From Balanoglossus misakiensis (taxonomy: Eukaryota > Animalia > Hemichordata), in NCBI GenBank assembly GCA_040954595.2, contig CM082576.2:7567129-7631128 (forward strand): a DNA stretch of 64,000 bases, written 5' to 3'. Positions 52,854 to 64,000 of the stretch are shown here, piece after piece (within the stretch, counting starts at the first letter, position 1; each line of letters opens with the position of its first letter). Below the pieces are notes generated by a model, which saw only the letters and a program-made list of their open reading frames with translations, was not told where the DNA came from and searched no databases. The position numbers were made by a program, and so were the translations under genes.

Positions 52854-55800
52854 ATGTCGGTTCATTGGAAAGTTGCGGTCGTTGCCATTTTGTTTGTGAC
52901 GAGTCAGGCTGCATCTGAAGATCAGGTAAGACCCGGAGATAAGCTACAGTTATGCAATGTAACCGATCACAGATCAACAGATTACAAAAATGTCAAATAT
53001 TATTCTTTTAATTGTTTGACACAGGAAAGTTTAAGCAAAACTTAAAGGAAGACATTTTTCATCCCGTACTAAAACACTGATCACTTGGCCAATTCTCTGT
53101 GCATTTAACCCTTTTTCTTCTGCTTCTCAACCAGAACCCCCTATACATAAAATCCGATGAACAAAACTGTTTTATGTAAGCAGGAAGCTAAACAAAGCAG
53201 GCATTAGTTTCCATAAAGTTAAATGGGGGAAAAAAAGCTTTTCAAACATAGTGAGAATTGTGTTTCATATGAGTCAGCTCGTGTTGTCAGCAGTCATTAC
53301 TTCAATCACTGGTACTAGTACTCTTTCCAACTTTTTTTTCATTCATTGTCTGCAAGACTTCCTGCTGGTTTCGGGTATTCCCATTGTTCTGCTCTTCAAG
53401 TTCAAGGCAGTTTTTCATGCCGAGTGGTGTTCCTTTGTTGTTTCTCGGGGATGCAGTGTTAATCCGAGCAAGGCATGAAGTGTGGTGAAGGGCCCGGCCA
53501 CAGATTAGGAAACAGTTGTTTTGATTGCAATTTGAAATGAGATACACCCTCTCATACAGACAGCTGCTGGTGTTTTGGACTTCCATTGTTAGGTTGATAT
53601 GGCTTCTCTTGAAGGGCTGCAATGTGATGTGTAAACACAGTGAGTAGGAATGACCGGAAACCTAGCATTGTGTCTGCTTCTTGCCTTTCAAGTGGTAGTA
53701 CACTTGTCATGGTGACCTGGCCCGGCCTGCTTACATACGTGTCCATGGTCTTACTGAACTTCAGCTTGGTCCCAGGATTATTAACTTTAGGTGTTTTGTT
53801 CTTTCCAGAAACAACAGTTGGGGAGGGGGGACAGAAAGATAAAATATTTCAACTGTGATTTAATCTCTTTAAATGCTCAGAAAATCAAAAGTTAACTGTA
53901 GGGACTGTGACTGTATTCAAGAATTCATTGAATTCTACTTTTCCGAAAACTATTGTTTTAGCTTGTTTATGTACTAGTTTTTTGGTAGTAATTGGCCGAA
54001 GGAGTTTCAGCATTGTAAATGCTGATATTTTCACTGTATTATAATTAACCTATGGAAGGTCAATTACCAGAACTTTCTCAAATGCAACTTGCAGAAGTAA
54101 TATGTGTACCCACCCAACCTTCTGTTTAATTAGTCCATTGTAAATGATTTGTCAGTCAATTAGACCACAGGCCCCTCTGGCAGATTTATGGGCGCTGTAT
54201 TTGTTCAGTGAGATGTAGGTCAATGGTGCTGAAATTCCTGTGGGACTGTAAGCAAACTGGGTGTTTTGAGTTTTTCCTCTAATAATGGCTAAAATGTTAG
54301 CCTTGAGGCGGAGGCTTTTGTTGATTGAGTTGGGTAAAGTATTTATGTACATTTAGGCGTGTGTCTGAACCCATTCCAGTGTGACGTTAAGGGGATGGAA
54401 ATTCCTTGCTTCATTTTAATACGATGGGGTGTGATTTGAGGAGAGGTAGAGCATTCAGGTTCAAGAACAAATTCGAAGAAATTTCGTAATTCTCATCATG
54501 TCGGTGATGTAATTATGCGTTTTGTAATCGCCATTGATCAAATATTTGTCACTTTGTGGAGTGCCTGGCGTATAATCTAAATCGTTTGACTCGTTTGACG
54601 TGGCGATGGCCCTGAGCTTTTAATAGCTTTTAAAGATTTAAGAGTGGGAGTCCTATCATGGTTGTAAATTTGCACGGTTTCAGCGAAATCCTTGAGGCCT
54701 AGGGTCTTTAAATTCCTGGGACATAGTTGAATTCAGAAATCTTCCAACAGGTTGCACATCGTAATTAAGTCGGTAATCTTTGAGCGATGACCTGTGGATG
54801 CCTAATAGAGCAGGACGGGGGAGATAATTGCGATACCGAGTGTAAATACAAAACATGCAAGGGATCTAGTTGTGTCAGTTTTATCAAAGTTTTAAGGCTG
54901 ACTTTTTTGTGTCAGCGGCTGGCTCATTGGCATGGGTATGGTGTCTGAAGAAATGAATGAAAAGGAAATTGTTCGGCCTTGTCCAGTAAATTATAGCCAG
55001 GACGACATTCCTTAGGTGACCGCAGAGGGAAATGCAAATCGTTTCGGAATAATGATCGAATTGTAGTCATCTACTGCCAGTATGTATGACTCAAAGACAA
55101 AATTGGACTGAACCCAAATAATTCATGGGATGACTTATTTGGTTGATTCAAAGTGTTAAGAAATCTGGTATATACAAACATAAGATTTCAGAGTTCAAAT
55201 TGTGTGCACGCTCCATATCCAATATTTCATGGTAGATAATGTAATTGTGAATTCCTCGATGCAGCATCTTGGCCAAAAATAGTACAGGAACATGTTGGAA
55301 GGTACTGCCTGTTGTTGATTCTGATCCAGTTGCAGTTGAGATATAACCCTTGAAGTTCTCAGTTTTGTTCTTTTATGCTGTGGTCTTTTGAAATGGAAAG
55401 TTCTACACCTGACACCTTGTCTCACCTTAAATCTCTTTGGATTGTCTCTTCTGGAATAGAATGAGCCAGAAAAGCCATATATTATGACTGCAGCCAGCAT
55501 ACCTATTGGATTCCTATTCATGGTGTATCAAATTTGATAAGAAATTGTGAAATCTATTGCCCCCAAAAATATGATCAAGAGATCTGTGAAAAGAACATTC
55601 GAAAATTGGCAATCCCTCCACTCAGGAAATATTCTTAAGTTTTGTATGTATTTGTAATCTAGAACAAGGCTTGAACAAAACCGATAAAGTGAGTCACTCA
55701 GAACATTGATCCAATTACAACGACCTTTATTTTTTGTAGTTCATTTACAATGTCAAGGTTCTGTGAGGGAACTCCCATCATTTACCTTTGCATTCCTTGA

Positions 55801-58800
55801 CCAACAAAAGCTTTGCCAGGGCATATGAAGTTCACTTTTGTTCACTGTGATTTAGATGCAAATGATGAAACTGTCACCAGTTGCTTTCATGAGCAATAGA
55901 ACTCCCAGTACTTGGTTAGGATGTGTTCTCTCTGGAACCACTGCGTCAGAGCAGAAATGTTCTTTTTGCCATGCCATTGTGTAAAATAATAAAGTGAGAA
56001 CAATTCCTGCTGGTCCTGCACTGGTGCAGATTCACTGAGTCGAGGGGGTGGTCTTACGTCAATCTGATCAGATGTAGGGAACGGCGACATGTTTTCTTTT
56101 TGCTGTCGCCTAAAAAACCCCACATCATTGGTGAAATTGTTTGGTAATCCGTTGTCCTGCATTTTATTCCCCCTTGGCAGTTACAGAGGATTGCCCGGCA
56201 AGCGCAGGATTACTGGGAGGACTGGGGAGCATTCGGACCCTGTTCCCGTAGCTGTGGTGGCGGCGTTTCCTATCAAGAGAGAAGATGCAGAAGTATAAGG
56301 TAAAATTGTTTGTTCTGTTATGAAGCAAAATTTGCGGCAAAAAAGTCAAGTGGCTACCAGTGCCACGGTTATCAGAGAGATAAGGTAACACTGAAATGTT
56401 ATGCTGGGCCCAGAGATGGCTCAGAGAGATATGGCGATCTTTGGTGGGTGTGAAAACAGATACCTGGCATTGTATTAAAATGAGGCCTGCCAAACGGACA
56501 TCAAGACACTCCTGTCATTGTATATGACCTGCACTAATAGCTTGGTAGGGGACCATCAGCTGTGAAAAAAAACTGTCTCCATACTAATGGAAGACACCTG
56601 TGGCTAAGTGTTATGTAGGGTGCTGGTTCAACCCCATTGAATTTTATGGTACTGGTATTTTTAAGAACAATACTAAGAAACTCTAACGCTGAGTGTGACA
56701 ACCAAAACCAACTTCAGTTTGGCAAGATGAGCTGAAGTTATGGGAACTGAAACTGTATGGGGAACTAAGGATTTTTCATGTTGAATTTTTCCCTAAAATT
56801 GACAGAATTGTGTAGTCATGTAGAATGTCTGCGGCAAATTAATTTAAATGAAATCAGAAATAAATAATAAACTGTCATTTACAATAAATGAAAATGTGTC
56901 ATCGAGCATCTTTATTGTTACTTGGTTATCTTATTCGAGAACCCTATTCAGAGTGCTTCTTGTGACATTCTATGGTTTTGTATTTAGATTTTTCCTGACT
57001 GCAAGATTTGCACTTTTCTCCAATGTCGTAGAACTGATGGTGGAAGTAGCTGTGTTGGTCCCAAAAGGAATTACCGGTCGTGCAACATCCAAGATTGCCC
57101 GGAAGGTTCTGCCGACTTCAGAGCTGAACAGTGCTCCAAGTACAATGACGTCCCCTTCGAAGGAAAATACTTCAAATGGGCACCATATACAGGAGGTACT
57201 GTACCTGATGAACAGTTACATAATATTTCATTTATGAAATAAACTGAAACTGACTGAAGTTATGTATTGTTCGTGTAAAAAAAAGATAGGGAATATATAG
57301 CATGGTGGTGATTTGGGTGGCAGTTTCAATGCCCAGTGTCACTTGATGCAATATTATCATTTCTGGATTTGTATGTAATGTGAAGAGCATGATGAACTTG
57401 GACAGTGGTGTTGTGGAAAGTCTTATTGGGTCTGTAAAATCTGTGATGGTTGTATTTTCAGCGCCCAATAAATGTGAACTGAACTGCATGCCCAAGGGGG
57501 AGCATTTCTACTACCGTCATGCATTGAAAGTCATCGATGGCACCAAATGCACTGAAGATTTGCCAGATGTTTGTGTTGATGGCATCTGTCAGGTGAGTGC
57601 TGCGTCAACACCTCTTATTGGCAAGTTGGTGGTAACTGCACTGATTTAAAGAGTGCTATAAAACTTCAGCAACTTTGACAATTGGAGGTTTTACATGACT
57701 ACCCAGCCAAATCCAAGGACACACAGCCAGATTTGTAGGAATTTTGTAGCTTGATTGGAAAGGGGGCTCTGTTGATTTAGCAGGATGGCGCATTTCACTG
57801 CCAGACAGGACAAAGGTTCAAAAGACAGCCTCTATCTCTTTTGGTCTGTTCAAGACCAAATTTTGAAATCACATTCTCCAAAGGAAAAATGATGAAGTGT
57901 AACACAACTATCGCACTGACAATACCTTTTCTATTTCTGTGGACCTGCAGTCAGTTGGGTGCGATTTCATGTTGGGTTCGGATGCAAAAGAGGATAAGTG
58001 TAGGGAATGTGGCGGTGATGGAAGTAGCTGTAACTCTGTGGAAGATTTGTTCGACCTGCAAGATCTGTCTGTTGGTAAGTTAGTTGAATCTTTCTAAATC
58101 ATCTTATGCTACCCACGATATTTGTTGAATCTGTGTTAGCCAAACTGTGATATTACCGGTACATTTAGTTATGGAGACAACTTGTAGACCAGGATCTTAA
58201 AATGAAAGAAAAGATGATAGGACTACCGTGAATTCTAGTCTTTTTGAAGTTATGAGTTGTGTTAAAATTTGTATGCAAAACCAATTTCTGTATTTTAAAG
58301 GTGCCTAAATTGCAACTGACTACTGACGTTGTTCCCAAAATGACATTCTCCTTGCAATACCGGTAGACTGATGGTCTCGCATTTGCTTGCAGGTTACAAT
58401 GATGTAGTGTTGATTCCTGCTGGGGCAACCAATATTCACATCGAAGAGGCACAAGCATCAGACAACTATATAGGTATGGCATTTGTCACAGTATGAGAGC
58501 AGCACAGGCACAGAACTGTGAAAACTGATCATGTTAATACAGTTTTGCCACCTGAGGTGCTTGTGCTGTGTTACCATGGTGACTGAATCAGTTTACAACA
58601 CATCCTAATTGCAGATGCTGTCATTCCTGTTTTCTCAATGACTCGTGTTGTAATGACTTCATACAAGTTTTAGTTAGTTGTCAGTGCAGTCCCTGGCTTC
58701 TGTCATACTGTGTCCTAAAAGTGTTGTCCAGAAACTAATTTGATCACCATGGTGATGAGAAGTTGCCCAGTAATTTGTTTGAGGCACCACTTAGTCGGAA

Positions 58801-61800
58801 AATTTAACATACAATAGTCCATAAATAAGCACATTGTTATTCCCCATGTGTCCCTGCTGTTAAAATCTTGCAATTAGTGCATTGTTTACACAGGTCCACC
58901 TTAATTGATATATGACTTTAAACATTGAAAAAAGGAACCACTTACATTTTTTTGTTAGCTTTTGTGATTTCGTATTTCAGCTGGCACAAACAGCCTTTTG
59001 TCAATAAGTAATTTGATGAAAGACTGATGCAGTTTCGCTGGTGTCTTTGTCTCCTGACGAGAGCGGGCGTGTCAAATAACTTTTTTTTTTCAATTCTCCC
59101 CAAAAAGGGGTTCAGTCTTTGACAGAAGTCACTGTGAGTTAAGCAATACCCTGCTGACACAATTTCAGCACAACAGTGCAGGCTCAGGTGTCTTCACAAC
59201 ATTAGCGCCAGCTGTACACTTCAGTACCTTTGCTGAGTGATTGAGAGATATGTCACACACAGCACAGGGCAGCCGTATAACCATTCTTTTACCCAGGCCT
59301 GAGCATGTATATATGTTTGGCTTAGTTTACGGCAAAAGTACCGGTAGCACGCACCCTGTTTTGCATCCTGGCACATGGAGGTTTTTTTTGAGCTTTCAGT
59401 AAAGGAACAGTCAGAAATTTTACAAATAAATGAAGACGCCCAAAATTATTCCAAAGTCTTAATTTCTGGTTGACCAGTACCAACTTGAAGAAAAGTTGTT
59501 CAACAATTACTTGCTGTTGATTGAAGTGTTTTGGTGCAAACTTTCTCATGTGTGCAATTTAATACATCTCGCAATCAGATGTCAATCATTGACTGGAACC
59601 ATGCGTGGTCCAGCAATGGAATTTCTGAACTGTGTATTCCAGTAATCAGATTAAGGGACATGTCATCTGTTTCTTGTTTAACGCATGTAACACACCGCAG
59701 TAAACCTGTATTCTATAGTAATCCATCTCCCGTTTCTTTTTTCCACACTCCCTAGCTCTCAGAAATGCCACTGGTTTCTACTACTTGAACGGAGAGTGGA
59801 GAGTTGACCATCCCAAGAGTTTCCAAGCTGCCGGAACGACTATCCACTACGAGCGCAAACCACAGGCATTCCCTGCGCCGGAGGTGGTCAGAGCCCTGGG
59901 ACCAACTACAGAGCCTCTTTATCTTGTTGTGAGTAAAAATTGTTGTAAGGGAATAATTTACTTGAATTTTGAGAATTTTTTGCACAGATTTGATAACATC
60001 TGTGATATTGTCAACTTTGGCAGTGTTTGGAATAAACAACATTGTTGTGTAAACCACTTCATATATAGTGGAGGTCACTGACTGAACGAAATGATATCAG
60101 ATGTGAGGTCATTGGCCAGTGATGTGTTCGCTTTGTCCTAAACTGAACATAATTCCCATTCAACCAAGGTTATATGTGGGGTGTGTCTATAAAGCCTGGG
60201 TTCAGATGAGGTTAGGGCCTTTAACTTTTAGATGTTATTTTTACTTGCTTGTGTATATAAGTGTAGAATTTGATCAAATGTTAAATTGGTAATCAGATAT
60301 GTGCTGTATGTTTTTAATAAGATATGTATGTTTTTGTTAAAAGAATGTGAAATCTGTTTAAGGTCTGGATTCCTGCATGTACTAAGCAGTGGGAAAATAA
60401 TGTTTTCAGAATGTCAAGCCTAAATATGACTGAATAATGAGTTAATTCTTGTGCACGTGCGTTTGTTTATGTTTCAGTTACTTGTACAAGAACAGAATCT
60501 TGGCGTCCGGTATGAATTTTCCATTCCACATGGAGCGGGTGATCCACCATCAGATTCTTACTCCTGGATTTTCGGGTCATTTGGGGAATGCAGCAAGGAA
60601 TGTGCTGGAGGTTGGTGGATGTTATATTGGTACATTTGGGGGAAATAAATGTGGTTATTGATGTCTGCATGTACATCACACACCTTAATCAGTAATGCTG
60701 GCATAGCAGTTGTATGTCTGTAGAAATTAGAGAATGGCAAATAGATCTATTTTCTTTATACTCACAGGTTTCCAAATCAGGAGCGTGTCTTGTGCCAGGA
60801 ACAGTGATGCCCAGATTGTAGCAGACTATCTGTGTGATATTGAAACCAAGCCATCTTACAACAGATCCTGTAACAATCAACCGTGCTCTGCCCAGTAAGT
60901 ACAGTATACACTCATTTTTTTCTATTCTCGAGTCATAGCAGTAAAACTTTGCTACCAACAGATGCAGAATCTTGTGATTTTGTTTCAAACAGAATTTAAC
61001 ATTTATATGACATGATACCATGTGAAACTTGGAATACATACTCTAACTTTTGTTTCTAATAATTTTGAAAATGGCCGGGTTACATCTTTGTCTGTTTCTT
61101 TATTAATTTGCCTAAATATAAAACTGCAGCTTTATTGTGTGTCTTGTAAATCACGGCATATAATGAAACATTGACATTTATGCTCTTTCTGGTTAGAGGT
61201 ATGTACATGTACATGTCATAAATCAAAATGATAGTTTTAACTCTTAGATCATTTCCCTTTTCCAAAACCTCTAAAAAAGAGACCTCTCTTTGAAATCAAC
61301 AGGTGGTATGTTGGTGATTGGAGTCCTTGTTCTCATTCATGTGGGCAGCACGGCACCCAGGTCCGTCTGGTCTACTGCGAGCAATTGCTGGAAGGAACAA
61401 CGGCTGCAACCGTTGATGATGCGTTCTGTAGGGTCAGGGAAGGCCCCAAACCAATCTATGCAAGGCACTGTAATGAAGGTGTGGAGTGCGCCAAGTGGCA
61501 GACCGGATCATGGTCAAGGGTAAGGAGGGGGGAGTAATATAATCGAGGGGAGGGAGGGGGTGATACGGTCAAGGGTAAAGAGGGGCGGGGAAGGGGTGAC
61601 ATTGTGGATGATGGTCCAGGGTGAGAGGGGACTGTCAGTAAGCGTCCTAGAAAATCTCTGAGAAAGACTTGGAATCTTGGAAGTAACCACCACTGGGAAA
61701 TCATTGAAATTTTGTGAACTTTTGATATGTTTGATGTGTAGTCATGACAACAAATTTATTTACAAAACGATTTTTCTTTTTTCAGTGTTCTGCCCAGTGT

Positions 61801-64000
61801 GGACCGGGAGTTCAGAGAAGACAGGTGACTTGCAATGCCAATGGCGTTGTGGGTGATGACCAGTGTAACACCCAGGAAAGACCCGTTACAGAGAAAGATT
61901 GCAATCTTGGTCCGTGTGAAGGCGTGGAGTGGATGTATTCTGACTGGAGTGAGGTACGGTCTGATCATTGCTTTGTACATGTGTACTTTTGTTGGTAGAT
62001 TATCAATCTGTGGTTTCGGTGGGGAAACTTGTGAAAATGATGTGGAAATAGATAAAAAAGTTTCAGGTACTGAAGATAAAAGAATGAGCTAACCACACTG
62101 TCTGTCCAGTGCTGGGTTAGTCTAATAATAAATTTAAGATGAATAGTATCTTTGTTCTGTATCATAACTTTTCGTGAATTCTTACCTTGAACTTATTCAT
62201 TGTTTTATAAGTGTCTGACTTCATCCTGTTCTCCACCTTCTACACTGTACTATTACGAGAATCGATTTTCATCTGACTTCTAACTCTTACCACAGTGCTC
62301 ACAAGATTGTGGCCGTGGCATGGTGTCTCGTCAAGTGCACTGTTCAAGTAAGAAGGGCATAGTTTATCCAGATGAGTTGTGTAGCGCAAAGAGAAAACCC
62401 AAAGTGATCGATGAATGCATCTCTACCACGGCCTGCCCTCCACAATGGCATTCATCTGAATGGAGTGAGGTCAGTGCAGACTCTCAGCATTGATGTAAAA
62501 AGGGGAAAGGGGATATATTGAAATCAGCTAAGTTTCATAGGAATCTATAATTAGGATTTGTGTGTTCATAGAATATCTGCAGTGGTCCAGATGCACCGTT
62601 TGGGTGAGAATACCCCCTTTTTATAATACAAGCAGCACACACTGTTTACTAACAGACTGTTTTGATATGATTCTCCAGTGTTCAAGTAACTGTGGTGAAG
62701 GAATACAGACCCGGACTGTTGTGTGCGCATCCATGATCGGCTCGGAATTGCAGACCTTGGCTAATGACGAGTGCAGTGCCAAAGATAAACCCGAAGACAG
62801 CAAGGCCTGCAATAATGATCCCTGTACTGCCATGTGGTTCACTGGTCCCTGGACAAAGGTAAGGTTATCAGGAATTGGCTTCCAGCAATGTTTACCTTCC
62901 AACACAGCATCATATTCTGTAACGAGAACATTTCGAGAACCAAATTTGTTTTTCCTTGTGGTATGGGGAGTAGGAAGTTACTTGTCAAAAAACAAAAACA
63001 TGAGTGAATTGGAAAATGGACAGTGATGTACTGGTATGATGTAAATCCAAATTTTGCAAAGTTTAAAAACACAAGGAAAGTTTCTCTGAAATAATAGTAT
63101 GAAAAGTTAAAAAGAATAACCATCTGTGAAAAAACTGGTCATAACTGTCTTGTTTCTGTTTTAGTGCACAGAGCCATGCGGTAGTGGACAGAGGAGTAGA
63201 GAGGTCATGTGTTTCTCTGATGGTCAGATTGTTTCTGAAATACAGTGCGATATTGGCCAACGACCAGTGGACAGAGAATATTGTAACACTGATCCATGTG
63301 ATGAAGGTCTGTGTTCTCATTTTCATCCTCATGCATTGATACAGACCATGGTTGTAATGTTCAATTCTGATTCAGAATAACTCTTTTATTGCTGACTTAG
63401 GACCAGTTTTGATACTTTGCAACTGATGCATATCAGAATGGATTCCAAATTGAAAAATGTGTGTTAACTACTTGCTCCCATTTCAGGTGATGCAAGGGAA
63501 TTTACAGATCCACTAGCAGATAGAATAAATGGGAATTGCGAGAACTCAGAGTTTGGTTGCTGTGGCGATGATGTGACGGCCGCTTCAGGACCGTTCCTCC
63601 AAGGATGCCCACCAGTGACATACAGGTATTTGTCCTCCCTTCCAAACACAGCCTCATTTATTTGAGGAAATCTGTTGTGATGCGCAGAACACACGATAGA
63701 ACTATGCACATACCTCTCATATAATGTTACCATGAAAGCTGTAGTCCAACCCCATTGTTTTTCAGTGGTGTGGGTGGACCACACTTATTAGGAAATAGGG
63801 GTGAAAGGGTTTGTGTGGTGGGTTTAGCCACATCTTTCATGTATACTGGCCCTGTGTGATGCAGAAAAATGTCTCAAATATTGAAAACATTGAGATAAAT
63901 ATACAGATCACAGCTCAACAAATGTTTGAGAAATATATGTTACCGTTTCTGCGCAGGGATTGTGCTGAGAGTCGGTATGGCTGTTGCGAAGATGGCGAAA
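52854..64000 (+). CDS. PAPLN: Papilin (ADAMTS-like extracellular matrix proteoglycan), 5' part; 3' end lies outside the window
   Basis: Signal-peptide exon 52854-52925 (MSVHWKVAVVAILFVTSQA); TSR1 56181-56299 (WEDWGAFGPCSRSCGGG); 57032-57195 (CNIQDCPEGSADFRAEQC); ADAMTS Cys-rich 57462-57592 and 57951-58074; spacer 58393-58473, 59755-59928 and 60478-60610; further TSR exons 60768-60895, 61303-61519, 61786-61953, 62297-62469, 62679-62858 and 63166-63307; then papilin/lagrin-type repeats (CENSEFGCCGDDVTAASGP, CAESRYGCCEDG) at 63488+ and 63958+. No metalloprotease domain. Confidence 0.93.
63728..63812. mobile_element. Partial reverse copy of the piggyBac-like MITE, in a papilin intron
   Basis: ...CCCCATTGTTTTTCAGTGGTG...TGGACC...AGGAAATAGGGGTGAAAGGGTT retains one intact terminal repeat. 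Confidence 0.6.

Noticed and set aside
52854-64000. ADAMTS protease or ADAMTSL identity for the last gene
   Set aside because: No prodomain or HExxH metalloprotease domain precedes TSR1, and the GCC-containing repeats after the TSR array point to papilin.
1-64000. CRISPR arrays, tRNA, rRNA, snRNA or prokaryotic operons
   Set aside because: The window is spliceosomal-intron-containing animal DNA; no regularly spaced repeats or recognisable structural RNA genes were seen by eye.

Overview
This is eukaryotic, intron-rich, AT-rich animal genomic DNA. It is probably from a marine invertebrate, and a deuterostome such as an enteropneust hemichordate is plausible, but the taxon is only inferred. 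Eight protein-coding loci were reconstructed by hand from GT-AG junctions and phase-consistent frames: Numb (+, 3381/6915-15309), NAA40 (-), an intronless orphan ORF (+, 22388-23098), adenylosuccinate synthetase (-), a divergent A/B-type cyclin that may be a cyclin P/CNTD2 orthologue (+), a 14-exon HAP2/GCS1 gamete-fusogen homologue (-), MED17 (-) and the 5' part of papilin (+, running off the window). Introns carry a piggyBac-type TTAA MITE family, a Crypton-like palindromic element and microsatellites. The standout is the HAP2/GCS1 gene. Domains I/II are clearly recognisable, but the Ig-like domain III is replaced within one exon by an acidic linker, the fusion-loop region is polar, and there is a long cytoplasmic tail. 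This suggests a remodelled, possibly non-fusogenic fusexin. Other leads are a candidate PTB-insert microexon in Numb, a cyclin with an altered MRAIL patch and a maternal-type 3'UTR, and apparently ancient Numb-papilin and ADSS-cyclin linkage. No database searches were run; family assignments rest on motif recognition.
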